NCBI GenBank assembly: GCA_043228905.1
Contig: JBHGNT010000004.1
Location: 14,694,001 to 14,758,000 of the forward strand
Length of the DNA: 64,000 nt
Direction: 5' to 3'
From: Azolla caroliniana
Taxonomy: Eukaryota > Plantae > Polypodiophyta
The stretch's first letter is position 1. Every line of letters begins with the position of its first letter. Positions 1-13,424 of the stretch are shown here, in pieces. A model generated the notes under the pieces. The model was not told the DNA's origin and ran no database searches. It was given only the letters and a program-made list of their open reading frames with translations. Made by a program: the position numbers and the translations under genes.

Positions 1-1268
1 GCCAAGCAATCGGTGCACTTCTCAAGATGCACATCTTTCACCTCCGGAATGAGATTATATTCCGCAAGTTTTTTCATCCCCTTTGGGCTCATATGACACA
101 TTCTCCTATGCCACAGCTCACTAGCATTGTCAGATGCTACATTCACCTCTTCCCAACATATCCGGGCGTGCATCAGGTACAACGTGTTGATCTTCCGGGA
201 TCGAACCACGATCAGGCTTCCTTTGTTGAATTTCATTACTCCATTCCGGATGCTACCCGTGTAGCCTTCATCATCTAGCCGACCGGTTGATATCATGTTC
301 AACCAAACCTCTAGAACGTGTCGAATATCCTTCAGCAACAAGTTGCACCTGGTTGATGTCATCAACCACACATCTCCTATGCCGACAATTTGGCATGAAC
401 CTTCATTCCCCATCTGGACACAACCGAGATTGCCGACTCTGTAGGATGAGAAGCATTTCCAGTCCGGTGTCAGGTGGAACGAGGCTCCGGAATCGACAAC
501 CCACGTTGTCTCATCGCCGACAAGGTTTAACTCATTCTCCTCGATGATGAGCAAAAAAATTTCTTCACTTGTCGCAATTGCCGACGTTCCTTTTTGATCC
601 GGACCTCTCCAGTCCGAACCATTTTGGTTCGAACTTTTCTTTGAATCGGTGGTGTCGACCCCTTTCTCTTTCCGGAAATGCCGACAGTTCTTTTGGAAGT
701 GCCCCAGCTTCCCACAATAGAAGCAAGTAGGCCTTCCCCTTGACTTTGATCTCGTCCCCGATTTGTCCCGGTTTTGGGGACTCCGATTTCGGCCTCTTCC
801 CCGGTTTTGGTCATCTTCCGTAACCAATGCCTTCAGGTCGGTTCCAGATTCCCGATCCTTCCGGCGAGCTTCTTCATCTAGCAAGCTTGGTTTTACCCGT
901 GCTAGGGACAACTGCTTTCCTTCCGTCCCGGCATTGTCCAAAGTGACAGCTAGTGTCTCCCAAGTGTTCAGGAGGGAATTGAGCAGAAGAAATGCAAGTA
1001 CCTCGTCGTCCAGAGGTACTTCAAGCGAAGTAGTTTGATTTATGAGCCCCTAGAATGCATTCATGTGCTCCGCCATGCTGGATTCGTCTTGGTACCGGAG
1101 TCTCACTAACTTCCCGAATACCGAAACCTGATTTACAACGCTTTTGCTCTCCAACATGGTGCCGATTTTCTCCCAGAGCACATGAGCCTTACTTTCTTCA
1201 TTGAAGTTGTTGTACAGGCTCATGTCAATGAAGCACCGTTTGTATGTCGTCGTCTTCATGTGCATCAA
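1..1268 (-). mobile_element. Tnt1/Tork-like Ty1/Copia fragment (gag, zinc knuckle, protease, pre-integrase), degenerate, runs off the window
   Basis: Minus-strand translation MHMKTT..CFIDMSLYNNFNEESKAH and CFYCGKLGHFQKNC. Collinear with the copy at 50754-52106. Confidence 0.9.
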
Positions 1269-3145
1269 CTTGTGCCATAAGTCGATGTCCGACTCGACTT
1301 TTTGTCCCTTCGCGAACATTGCGGTGCCACCGTCAGTAGAGTCGAGAATGAACATCCTCCCATCTCTGTGCCCTTGTGCAATAACACGACCTTCTTCCTC
1401 AATGAAGCACCCGAGGTGTGTAAACCATACTTGCATCCCCTGGTCGACGATCTGCCCGACCGAAACCAGATTCTTCGTGATTGTCGAGACGTGTAATACG
1501 TTCATAAGTTTCCCTTTCTACCCAACATGGCTCAAGGGAACTTCACCGACATTCGCGATCGGATGCGGAGTGTTGTCTCCAGTTGCGACTACTCCTGGTT
1601 GCGTCGGTTTCTCAAGGTATGAAAACCACTCCTCGTGGCACGTCATGTGGTTTGACGCGTCGGAGTTGACGTACCACACCTCGTCTGATTTCGGGGCGGA
1701 TTGCTTCATTGAGTTTGCTTCGTGTCTCGTCACGAAGACTGACCCTTTTCCGGCTTCTCCGGATCCTTTGGCATAGTGCCATCGTTGCCAATTTCCTTTG
1801 TCGGTCTGTCCAGAACATGTTCCGGACTCGGCTCTCTCCGAATCGGCACGCTTTTTCTAGCACTCGCTCTCCCTATGGCCTTTCTTGCCATAGTACCAGC
1901 ATCTGCGGCGGATTTCCCTTGCCGGTTCCGAAGGGTCCAGAATTGCTGTTGGCATCACTTTGGTGCCTTCTTCCTTGATCCCGTCGGCTGCCTCCATTGT
2001 GTACCGACTCGCCTCGTCCGCCACGACCACGGGGCCTCTCTCCCTCTATGTACAACATCTTGCTGTCGGCATCACTTTGGTGCCTTCTTCCTTGATCCCG
2101 TTGGCTGCCTCCATTGTGTACCGACTCGCCTCGTCCGCCACGACCACGGGGCCTCTCTCCCTCTATGTACAACATCTTGCTGTCGGCATGCGTGCTTGTC
2201 GACGCACCCGCGTGGTTCTCCTTTATAAGGAGCATCGACTGTAAGTCGAAAAACGATGGCGTATTCTCCCAGGTGCAGTTCGGAACGCTCCGAACTTTGA
2301 TGCCAAACCCCCGAGACAGACCTGGACCATCTTGCTTTCCTCGATGTTCACATCGATGGAAGCTAAGGAGTTGCATATTTCCTTGATCTTCGAGGTATAG
2401 TCAGTCACCGACAAATCGCGTTGTCGTAGGTTGCTCAACTCCTGTCGAAGCTGAAGCTTCCTGGCTGTGGTGCTCGCGGCAAAGATCTTCTTCAGATTTT
2501 CCCACACACCCTTCGGCGTTTTTGCATCCCGAACGTAGCTTAACAGTAGTTCGCCAACACAAGACGCGAAACGGTACAGCACTCTGCTCGCCGATTGTTC
2601 CCACGCCGGGAAGTCTTTGTGTGTCGAATCGAGTGCTGTGTCATTTGCTCCATCGACATAGCTCCAGTAATCATGTCCGAGCAGGTACTGGTGCATCTTG
2701 TAGGACCAAGATGTGTAGTTGGTTCTGTCGAGCTTCTCCGTTGCAAGCGAGCTAGCCATTCCTTTGTCCATCGGTTTTCTTGTTCTTCTTCGTTGGTTTT
2801 TCCTTCAAGCAAAGTCGGATGTAGAGGTTCTCAACCCTCGCGCTCTGATACCATGGAAAGAATGGCGTGCGGAAGCAATATAGGAAACCGAACAACAGAA
2901 AACGTAGGTTTAATGGAAAGCTTAGGTTTTCACAGTACGCACAGGAGAGACAAAGAGAGAGTAAACACAAGAACTTAATTCAAAAACTAATACTCGATCT
3001 GTACATACATCATGCTCAGTGAGCACCTTTTACACAAGCCCTGACAATCGGGCTGACACAAGTACTGACAGTACTTGACTGCTCATAAATAAGCCTCGAC
3101 ACTCACTCCCAAAATTATTCATTTAAGAGGAATATCTCTCTAACG
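1269..3145 (-). mobile_element. 5' half of a Ty1/Copia element: 5' LTR ~2854-3145, PBS, gag, protease; truncated and fused to the Tork fragment
   Basis: PBS TGGTATCAGAGCG at 2853-2841 (tRNA-iMet). gag KLDRTNYTSWSYKMHQYL (2223-2771), protease-like WYVNSDASNHM, ESDIDLWHK. Same internal family as 52107-57845. Confidence 0.9.
1943..2189. repeat. 117-bp tandem duplication (39 codons, in frame) in Copia gag
   Basis: TTGCTGTYGGCAT recurs at 1943, 2060 and 2177. Peptide ADSKMLYIEGERPRGRGGRG..HQSD occurs twice. Confidence 0.95.
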
Positions 3146-3190
3146 ACCTTTCGGTTTACGCACCGATACGGCCTCTCATTACACACCGGT

Positions 3191-3742
3191 TTGCATACCG
3201 GTTTACGCATCCGTTTTACGCACCGGTCCTCGGCTTGCTCAGCCGATCCGGCCAATGTTGAGCTTGTCTCTCAACACGAAGTACAAGCAATGCAAGGGGA
3301 GGTCAAGGCCCAACAAGTGATAGCAGCGAAGACGAAAAAGGCGGCAACCAATGCCGAGATAAAGGTCAATCGGCTTCGAGCGAAACTTTGACAATCGTCG
3401 AAAAGAGAAATGAGCATTCGGGCCACCGCATGGAAAAGCCTGAAGGAGCTTCAAGATAAGCTGAATGCTCTGGTTATGGCTCACACCCAGCCCATCGCCA
3501 CCCTCGACGAACAGAAACAAGCAATAGCACGGGTGAAAGAGACAATCCAAAACCAACGAGAGACCACCAAAAAGAAAAAAGAGTGGTACGAGGAGCAGAT
3601 GACGGCCAAACGACAATTAGCAGAGGAAATACAACTCCGAATGCAAAACGAGATGGCATGTATGGAAGAGTTGCACGACAAAGAATTAAAAATCTTGCAG
3701 ACAAACATCAGGCTCATTCAAGACCTCTATGCTCATGAATGA
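3191..3742 (+). pseudogene. Coiled-coil-rich reading frame with one internal stop, origin unknown (probably TE-associated)
   Basis: ORFs 3191-3391 and 3410-3742 share a frame and are separated by one TGA. E/K/Q/A-rich, heptad-like composition. Confidence 0.4.
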
Positions 3743-3814
3743 GCATGACACTAACTCGACCCATAATATTCCTATTTACTAGCATAGGAATGTAGGCCCC
3801 TAATGCTATAACTA

Positions 3815-6245
3815 TGCATAGAAGCAGGGGATCAACTATGATGAGACCTTTGCACTAGTGACAAAGATGACGATCGTCCGTGTGGTGCTAGTCGTAACGA
3901 CGACGAAGGGGATCTCCATCAAATGGATGTGAAGAATGTGTTCCTACAAGGCGATCTTGAGGAACAAGTTTACATGGTACAACCACTCGGATTTCAGTTT
4001 GAAATGAACAAGTCAGTGTTGTGCCAACTAAACACGTCACTTTACAGCCTCAATCAAACCCCTCGATCTTGGAAAGCCAAAATCATGAAACGATTGCGTA
4101 AGACAGGGTTCATCTGGAAAGGTTAACAAAGCCCGATATGCATATTGCTATACGTGGATGATTTCGTCATCATCGACGCTAACGTAACCGAAATCGGCCA
4201 CATGAAGTCTCAACTATTGGCCGCATTTGAGATGAAGGACCTTGGGGACCTTCATTACTTCCTTGGGATCGAAGTGATCTGAACCCCTGACAGCATATTG
4301 TTGAAAGAGAGGCATTATGTTCTAAATATGCTGTATAAATTCGGCATGATAGATTGCCAATCCGTCACAACTCCTCTTAATCAAAAGCTTTGCCACGAGT
4401 CAGCGCCGACTTGTGATGAGAAACAGTTCTAACAAATTGTTGAAAGCCCCATCTATATTTGACGATCACCCGACCATACCTCAGCTATCTAGTCGACATG
4501 ATCAACCAATTCATATAGAAGCCGACGGTCGAGCATCTTTAGTGCATGCACAAGATATTGAGCTATGTCAATAGCACAAAGGATCGTGGGTTGCTTGTTA
4601 CGGGCATGACCATATAATATCCCGTGGTGAGAATTTACTGTAATATTCTATACACATGGATAAAGTGTGAGGGTTAAACGAGAGTATAAAGAAGGGAAGG
4701 ATTACTTTTAATCCTCGGGATTGAGACAACCCGTTAGGCCAAGTGTGAACTTGTCTGGGGGCCCTAGGTCTGGCTATAAATATGAGGCCTCGCTACCCTC
4801 ATTTGACACATTATCGACTATGTCGAGACCTTGACATTGTAGTGGGGCAACACTTGTAGCGAGCGCATCAACACCAGGTACGACTCGACGCCACAACGGT
4901 GGTATGGGACGCCAATCGAGGCTCGAGTCCGTCTCGATCCCTTCGCTCGGGGGGTGGTCGGGTGAATCGACACCCTTCTTTCTCTCTCTCCTTTCTTATT
5001 TATCTATCTTTTATCCTTATCATATGTTGACATTCGATCATCATTCTAACATTGTTGTATCGACATGACATAGCCGAACAGTTGATTGGCTATACATATG
5101 CCAATTGGGCCGTAAACGCCATGGATCGCTGATTGACATCGGGTTTTACGTTCTCCCTTGATCGCGTGGAGCAGCAAGAAGCAACGGATAGTGGCACTAT
5201 CGAGCATCGAGGCTGATATATCGAGGAGCGGCCGTCACAACGTGTGAGGCCATATGGCTCAAACGACTGTTGTAGGATCTACAAGTAGAAGTTGCCGACC
5301 TGATCCCAATCTACTATGACAATATCAGTAGTATGCAACTAGCGAAGAACCCTATCTTCCATGCTCACACAAAACACATAGAAGTGCATTACCACTTCGT
5401 GTGCGAGTGCGTATTCAGTGGTGAGGTTGAATTGAGGTATTTTCAGACCGATTGAAAAGTAGCTGATATTTTCACCAAGGCACTTGAATTGGACAAGTTA
5501 TGACACTTTTCAGAGATACTTGGACTACAACATCTCGACGTGCCGCACTTGAGGGGGAGAACTGAAGGAAGCATGACTAGGGTGAAGACCAACAAACAAG
5601 GGGAGATTGGACGAGAGCAACGGAGCGGACAAGCCGGAGCCGGCCGAACTAGGTAGGGGAGAACCCAATGGAGCAACGAATCAGAGATAACCGATTCAGA
5701 CAATGTGGACAAGCCGAATGGACGGGTCGAAGTGCATGATCCAAGAGAAGAGCTGGCAGTAGGAGTCAGGGTGGAGAACTGGGAGAGTAGATGGAGCGAG
5801 ACTTAAGGGGGGGTATTGAGTGACAAGCTCAACATGAAGCCGGATCGATTGAAGAAGTCGAAAGTCGAATCGACTAGTAGGATCGGTTGAGAGCTGAAAA
5901 AGGGCCATAGGGCTTGATCAGTTGGAGAAGCTGTTATGACCTATATTCCTATTTTAGTAGTAGGAATATTATAGATTGATTTGTTGGCAGAGCTCATAAG
6001 TGAGCATTTAGTACCCGAGTCAACCTATTGTTAAAGGCTTGTATATAAAGTGCTCTGTGAACACATTGTAAGTACTGAGTGATATTTGGTAATAGAATTT
6101 TGTTGTTGTCTGCTTACTTAATCTCTCTCTCACTCTATAATCCATTCTCCATTCTCTGTGTTTACCTAATTGTTTGTCATACAGTGTTGTCTGGCTCAAC
6201 CGATTGTGTTTGTTTTCTACAAGCTTCCGCACGTAAATATTTACA
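3815..6245 (+). mobile_element. 3' half of a degenerate Ty1/Copia element (RT, RNase H, PPT, 3' LTR ~5814-6245)
   Basis: MDVKNVFLQGDLEE, LYVDD and HTKHIEVHYHF motifs. A G-rich PPT precedes TATTGAG..TTACA. Confidence 0.9.
4596..5051 (+). mobile_element. Solo LTR (456 bp) inserted in Copia RT
   Basis: TGTTA...TAACA ends and TSD TTGCT/TTGTT. Removing it restores DRGLLYR. Same family as the LTR at 28033-28486. Confidence 0.92.
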
Positions 6246-6828
6246 TGCTCCAAACAATCTCAATTGGAACGCGGCCCCGAAGTGAGTTGGGATGGACTCA
6301 AGAAGTCCCAAAACGAGTTGGGACAAACCCAAGGAGTCCTGATCGAGGTGGGCACGAGCATAAGGAGTTGGGACCCAAGAACGGAACCAATCCCTACTAG
6401 TCCCAATCCGAGTTGGCACTCATGAAAGACCTAGTCATAGACCCTGCTTCAAAAGCAGCACCTCCTTGGGTAGGGAAAACCTATCCCAATGTCCCAATAC
6501 CAACGAACAACTGGAGGGGAGCCCAATAGTCACCCCTCTTGGGCTAATGCCAATGGAGCCCAATAGCCACCTCTTGGCATAATGGCTAGGGTAGCCCAAC
6601 AACCACCACCCCTTGGCCTGTATATTGAGGAGCTTCTCCTCATTTTTGATCATTCCCTAATTTGCAAACTCTCTCCTCCCACTTTCATTAATTATAGTAG
6701 CTCTAAGGAGCTTGTAACTAATCATCTTTGTAATCGTGCTTAAGTTATGTTAATGAGACCTCTCTTTTGCCTACTACCTCTTTTCCCAACCATGTTTTGG
6801 GCTTGTGCCATGTTTTTGGTTCATCACA
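6246..6828 (+). mobile_element. Possible LTR-like remnant
   Basis: Repeated GAGTTGGGAC-like motifs, a TATA-like tract, a T-rich U5-like end and a terminal CA. No TSD seen. Confidence 0.35.
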
Positions 6829-7057
6829 ATATGATAGTCCATGGGATATATACAGGTAGGCACAAGTGGATCAATTCCCTAGGAACAACAATGTGAGTGA
6901 GGAGGGATGATGGATTTGGTTCACATCCCATCCCAACAAATACCAATCCCATCGTCCATAATGTGTATTACTATCATGTATGTATGTTGTTAATGTGTGT
7001 GTGTATGTACAATATATGTACATGATTTGTCAAAGAATAATTTGAAAGTGAGAAAGG

Positions 7058-7210
7058 AGAGAGAGAGAGAGACACACACACACACACACACACACGGACT
7101 TCTTCCCCTGTTCCTTCTCTCCCGCCATCGACCTAAACACTCAGAAGCTTCCTTCGCCAAACCCAAACACACACACACACACACACACACACAGAGACAG
7201 ACAGACAGAC
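7058..7210 (+). repeat. (GA)n/(CA)n/(GACA)n microsatellites in the POLD2 promoter or 5' UTR
   Basis: Directly visible at 7058-7095 and 7167-7210. Confidence 0.95.
7118..7161. promoter_or_regulatory. Two near-consensus E2F sites upstream of POLD2
   Basis: TCTCCCGCC at 7118-7126 and TTTGGCGA on the minus strand (7161-7154). Each is one mismatch from TTTSSCGS. Replication genes are typical E2F targets. Confidence 0.45.
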
Positions 7211-7213
7211 AAG

Positions 7214-10200
7214 ATGGTGCGAGAGGATCAACCTCTCTCGAGGAAACAGGCCGTTTACATACCCCAGGTTTATTTGAATACACGACTTCTCTTTCTCTTT
7301 CTTTTGCCCAAATTTTCTTGTTAAAAAACTTCGTGCTCTTTTGTTGTTGGTTGTTAGGATGAATGCTTTGATCTGCGATCTCAGAAGTATAAAGGACAAC
7401 AGTACAGCCATCTCTATTTCTGTCGTCTCCACAAATTCAGAGAGATTCTCACTCCTCTTGCCATGCAAAGATGGCCTCATTCACGTGGTATGAATCTATT
7501 CTCTCTACACCTTAAAACCTTCAAATGTACTATCTTTGCTTTGCCATAAAACATCATTGTACCTTAAAATTCAATATATGATATTTTCTAAACCCCAAAC
7601 ATGGACCAGGTGCAATGGTTTAAGATTTACCATGCTCCTTATAATAGCTGGGGAAAACCATCTTTCCAAAAAGCAGTTTGCAGCAACTTGTTTACAGCAG
7701 TTAGTCTTCAGATGATCAGTCTTTTTCTGTTATTGTGTTTAACTTCCAGCTAGTTAAACAACCGGTATCCTGATTCGAAATCTGCAAAATCAAGTTTACA
7801 CTAGCATGAATGATTGAATTTGGGAGATGTATTTGGATTACCCAAATTGTTTGCACCATCATGAATGGTGGAACTATGGTGATACATTGAGTTTTTTTGT
7901 CCCCTCTTCATCCTAAAATAAACATTTTTCCAGGGTCCCAACAGAAACATTATTTATTATTAATTGTTTGATGCATAGCCTTAGATGTGTATATGGTGAA
8001 GTATTAATCCATTTGCTATATTGAGCATTGTCTTTCTGTTGCTATGTGGAATTTGGATTATATGTGATCAGTTTGGATTTGGCAGTTCGAACCATCTTGG
8101 GCTTAGAGGGAGGTGAGGATTGTGTTGTGATTGGCACTTTATACAAGCAGATGCAGTTGAAACCATCAGTTCTCGATGAATATGCAAAAGAGGTGCACGT
8201 CCCTATGAACTCTTTCCTCTGGAAATTGTAAAGACAAGAATTCTTTCAAATGGTTTCATTTGACTATTACGAATATGTGAATAATTTTGTTTTATCTGAT
8301 ATATACAGCGGTCAGTTATTCCTCTGGTATCTCCACTGAACTTCATGCATCCTAATGATCATCTGATTCTTGAGGACGAGAGTGGGCGCGTGAAATTAGT
8401 AGGGGAGGATGTGTGTGCAAAATCCTATGTAACTGGTATGCTCAGTCAGAATGAATAGTAACAAGTTGTAAATTGATGTTTTCTAGCACACAACTAGATG
8501 ATGATTGCTATATGTGCAAGCTTCCTTTTTAGAAGTTGGCCATCATGGCACCTAGACATGAAATTGGATTTATTTTTTATGTAAGGAGAGACATTGGGAA
8601 TTCTAAAATATGTTAGAAGTTTAGACAATGTTGACAAAGGATTTTCAGGACACAACTGGATCTGTTTTTTGAACTACCCAACTGTCTGATGCTTCTCATT
8701 ATCATGATATGTACCTGTCTAAATGAATATCATTGACTCTTTCTCCATTTGCATTGCTTTTCTTGAATGTTGTCATGTTGCTAGTTGAAGCCTTAATTCA
8801 TATTTATTGTGTGTGGGCTTGTACCGCAAGGAATTGACTTCTCAGCTTGATTTCAGTTCTTCATAACTCTCGTATGTTTTTTGGATTTGTTTAAGCTTTG
8901 CCTATATTGGCTTTAGATTTCTGTGATTGAAAAGGCTGTATTGAATCTTCATGACATGGTTGTTGTTTGATTGATGACAATAATAGCTTCACAAGTAATT
9001 CCTTTGAATACATATACATTGGAAATTAAAGGTGGAAGCATATCTATGACGATCTTTTTGGCAAACTTCCCTTCATAAACTCTACTAAAACGAAACTTAA
9101 TTCTCAGGAATAGTTGTTGCTGTCTATGGACATGAAGGTAGTGATGGGGAATTTTTGGTCCAACACATTCTAGAGCCAGGTCTTCCTCCTCTAAGGCCAC
9201 TACCTTCAGCAGGTTTTAATTTCCATCTGATGTTTCCTGGAATAGTATGCAGTCTTCAGCGTGAATATTTAATAGCATTTGGTTTGTGGCTGTAGTTGAA
9301 GACAAGTATGTTGCATTATTGTCTGGACTGCGAATTTGTGCAAATGAAGCTAATCCCCTTCAGTTTCAGCTCCTTGTGGACTATCTGACTGGTTATTTGG
9401 GGGATAAACAAGTATTATGCTTTTCTTTTGTGTTCTCCCAAGCAATGAGGAGGATCTGTTGTATTTCTAGTTGAGCAATATTTTTATGTATTCTTGCAGG
9501 ATCAAAGTTCTGTGGCTGAAGTTGTTCATGTTATTATTTCTGGAGATTCTCTTCATATGCAGTATAACTTGCTATCCGGACAGGTACACATCTGATTGTG
9601 AAATGACTTCATAAATGTATAGTTGTTCAATGTCTTAGTGACTCTTTTGTAGTCAATCTCTTCAAAAGATCAAAACAAGCTGGTTGAACCAGTTAAGGAG
9701 CTTGATCTAGCATTAACACAGGTGGAATATTTAAATCATCAAAGTTATGTGAATATAGTTTCTACCAATGGCATCTTACCCTTCATATGATCAGCTAGCA
9801 GCAGCTGTGCCCGTGGATATAATGCCGGGTCCAAATGATCCTGCCAACTTCTCTCTTCCTCAGCAGGTTACAAAGAAACATTCTACCATTGGAATTTGTA
9901 TGACTTTTTGCGTCTATATTCCCTATAAATGTTTTGTATCTTCTTGAATTTTATTAGCCCTTGCACACGTGCCTCTTTCCAGGAGCTTCAGCCTACAACT
10001 CATTCCACTCTGCAACAAACCCCCATTGCTTTGAACTAGATGGTGTTCGGTACATAATCCGCTTATTCTGAGTCGATAAGGGTCTTTTTTTTGTTTTCTC
10101 ATACATTCAATATCTACTTGTTATCAAAGTTCTAATGTCGATATGCATTAAATGACAGATTCCTTGGAACTTCAGGTCAAAATATTGATGATCTGAACAA

Positions 10201-10948
10201 GTATTCTTATGCTAATGACCAGTTAGATTTCATGGAAAGAACACTCAAATGGAGGCATATTGCTCCTACTGCCCCTGACACCTTAGGTATTCTGTTGATT
10301 ATAATCATTTGATGCTGTTAATGGGACACTCTTTGTCTTAGAATGAAGACACCAATGTTACAAATTCCATCATGTCTTAAAGCATCCGAGAATTGATGCA
10401 TGCGTTTTAGTTGTATGCTGGACGCTGTGCATAGTGTTCTATGGCTCAACCTACTCTGTTTTGTTATACATTTGTTGTGAATAGCTATCAATATTTTGTT
10501 GCTTCAGGCTGCTCATTTGGAATTACAAGGCATGCTTATTCATTATAAATTGCACGCAGGCTGCTATCCTTATACAGACAAAGATCCATTTGTTATTGAC
10601 ACTTGCCCACATGTTTACTTCTGTGCCAATCAAGATAAATTTGCCTCTCGGTTGTTAAAAGGTAAGTGGGGCAATGAACATCACGTTGATGAATGTATTG
10701 CTCTCAAGTTGATCTGTACGGGATCATTGGTTTGACAGGTCCAACTGGGCAACTAGTGCGGCTTATATGTGTTCCACGCTTTTACGATACTGGAGTAGCA
10801 GTGCTTGTGAGTAGTTAATTCTTCATAGATGTTGTCCCCAAAGTAAACTAATTTAGTTCAGTGCAATCGCTGATATATTCATGTGGTGTAGGTGAACTTG
10901 AGAGATCTCAATTGTCATGTCGTGAGCCTTTCAACATCTTTACTATAA
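7214..10948 (+). CDS. POLD2: DNA polymerase delta small (B) subunit, 14 exons, ~436 aa, intact
   Basis: Exons 7214-7267, 7358-7487, 8086-8192, 8309-8435, 9108-9212, 9296-9411, 9500-9583, 9653-9721, 9795-9866, 9958-10049, 10159-10286, 10560-10661, 10739-10806 and 10892-10948. All introns are GT-AG and the 1311 nt stay in frame. Motifs [62 protein letters not shown] and CPHVYF. Confidence 0.97.
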
Positions 10949-11490
10949 AGCAATGGAGCTTAAGCAAGTGAAGTTACAAAATTTTCTTAAATGCTCTTGA
11001 ATCAGTAATTTGTGGTGACATTTATCATGTATAATTTTATGTACTGCTGAGAAATTATGGATTTTTTAGTTGTATTAAAGAAAGATTCAACTTGCCATGT
11101 GAAATTATCAGGACCACGGTTACTGTAATATATGGAGAGATGTGCTTTGTTTGCTCCTTTAGTGACTTCCAAAAATGTCTTCTAAACATTTAACTTGGCT
11201 ATATGTATGAGATATCCTCCCTCCTAGGAAGAGCATTGAGACATCTGATTAGATGGTGAAGACATGACCTCAACGAACCTCAATAATTATTGATGCTTTA
11301 AGTATCTCTTGTGTAAGTCATGTCAGATCTTTAAACTGTTAGGGTTCAATTATTGCTCATGTAAAGTAGCTCTTGCATGTGTCATGACTTCATATGTTAG
11401 TAAATATAATAATCCTAACTATGTCAACGGAATGGTTATTCTCATGTTGTTCAGTTGCTCCCACATGTGTTATAAAGTGATATGTTAAAA

Positions 11491-11846
11491 TGTTGAGAAT
11501 CAAACTCAACTTCCCTAGTGTGGGAACACAACTTAGTAATACCCAAGTGTGAACATCTCACCTCCTTGTATCATAAACTAAGTGTCAGAAGATAAGTCCT
11601 ATGACACATTTAGTAGGTAGTTTAGTCTACCTCTTTTCCAGGTAGTGGTTTTAATGAGAGAACATAGAGAGAAGGTGACTACATAAGCAACTTCTCCTCT
11701 TTAATTGTTGGTTCATCTTGCTCCTTGTTAATATAGTTTTCTTGATTTTGTGCATACCTTGTGTGTTTCTCTTTCTCTCTCTCTCTCTCTCTCATGCACA
11801 CACATAGATCACTTTCGCTGCACAAAATCACACTCGAATCTTTACA
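11491..11846 (+). mobile_element. Copia solo LTR (356 bp)
   Basis: TGTTGAGAATC...TTTACA. Flanks TAAAA/TTAAA form an imperfect TSD. Homologous to the LTR at ~38694-39040. Confidence 0.8.
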
Positions 11847-12249
11847 TTAAATATAAAATCATTCAAACTATTTGAACACATGATTATGCTCATGGTGTCA
11901 AGTATCATGAACGATGAGAATCTATTACCTAATGATGCCAAATACTTATGCATCTTTCTTAAGCAAGTTATGATGTAATACATTCCTTTTAAAGAAATGA
12001 ATTGTTAAATCAAGGTGAGGGTGAGTTTGAAATTGGTTGTGAGACATAAAGGTGTGAGACAAAATAGACCCCAATAAAAGAGAATTTTGTAGTGTCAAAG
12101 TTGAGACAAAAGGGATATTGGACAAATCAATGGTGCACGACTCAATTGTCATGTCATATATTCGAGATAAACATACAAAAATGTGGGACATTGCTCTATT
12201 AGGTAGGCAAATCTATTCTATGCTTTGTATGATATGGTTCATGGCATAA

Positions 12250-12560
12250 ACGGATGACACAATGATTATGGTCCACTATTAGAGGGCATTTGTAACTATC
12301 CACTAAGAAAAATGCATGCATCACAACTATAGGTAAAATCCATCTTGCCCAACACCAATCATATTTCAAGAAAATTGAGGTTTAGGAAGTTCTTCAATTG
12401 TTGCTCAAAGCCTTTCCAACAACTCTCTGGACTACTCTCTATACTTTTTGCTCTTTGGTCTAACTATTTTGTTTGAGGGGTTAATTTCATCAAATAGCTC
12501 AAGTGCCATAGTGTTAAAGCGTGTCAAAGACCTTCCATCTCATCACAAAATGTTAACATC
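12250..12560 (-). mobile_element. Very degenerate Copia pre-integrase-like remnant
   Basis: Minus strand gives TLWHL.. followed by a G-K-M-like segment. Weak evidence. Confidence 0.3.
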
Positions 12561-13424
12561 TTGTCTTTAGGTTTATAGCTTTATCTTACTGATTATTGGC
12601 TCGATCTATTTTAGGGAATGTCATGCTTATCTCTTGAATGAGTTCTTGTTTCCAATTGAAATCTCATGAAGTTCTTCTCCTTGTTTATGCTGATAAACAT
12701 TTTACTGTTGTCATGATATTTCCGTTGCCACGAAGTGAGAGAGATCTCACTTATTCCTACTAGGCAGAAAGAAAGGAAGGAAAAAGCTCTTGGAGGTGAA
12801 GCACCCACCAACTATCCTCTCATCTCACCTCACATGGGCACCAACCAATTTGGTAGATGGGTTAGCTAGCCGTTTCTTTTTTGTTTTGGGAGGGGGGGGG
12901 GGGGCTACTAACCACCTTTCTTGTGCTATTTACATGAAACTGAATACATTTGAAAATTAGCTCTCAACCCATCCATTGACTAGTATATGCTCGCTTAGAA
13001 GAACAATCTTGTTGTATTAATTTAATTTTAACCCACTAGTGTAAATGTACTCTCTCTAGCACTCTGATAGTGTTTGTTTGTGCATCATCTCCTTTTCAAC
13101 ACAATCTAAGGTAGTAATATTAGAGAAAGAGGTTGGAAACTTATTACTTCTGACGAGTTATAGATGAGAAGATAGATTGTAACAAATTGGTTAAGTTATA
13201 CAACGTCATTAAAGACAATGGCACCAACAAGTACAGGTGGGAACAAGATTCTTTGTTGTGCACCTTTTGGAGAGCAAGAGTCTTGGTTCTTTCATACGTT
13301 CATTTACAATGTCCGCCTACTGGAATAGGTCTACAACACCTCCAAAAGGACTCTTGATCCCCAATTGCAAACAAGATCTGATTGATTCGAGGTTTGTAGA
13401 AGTGTTAAGGATGAGGTAATTCAC

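Noticed and set aside
3755-3768. CTCGACCCATA match to the chromovirus LTR tRNA-like module
   Set aside because: Only about 11 nt with no A-box or B-box, so probably chance.
6990-7480. ORFs with HTHT/CVCV repeats
   Set aside because: Translation artefacts of the microsatellites.
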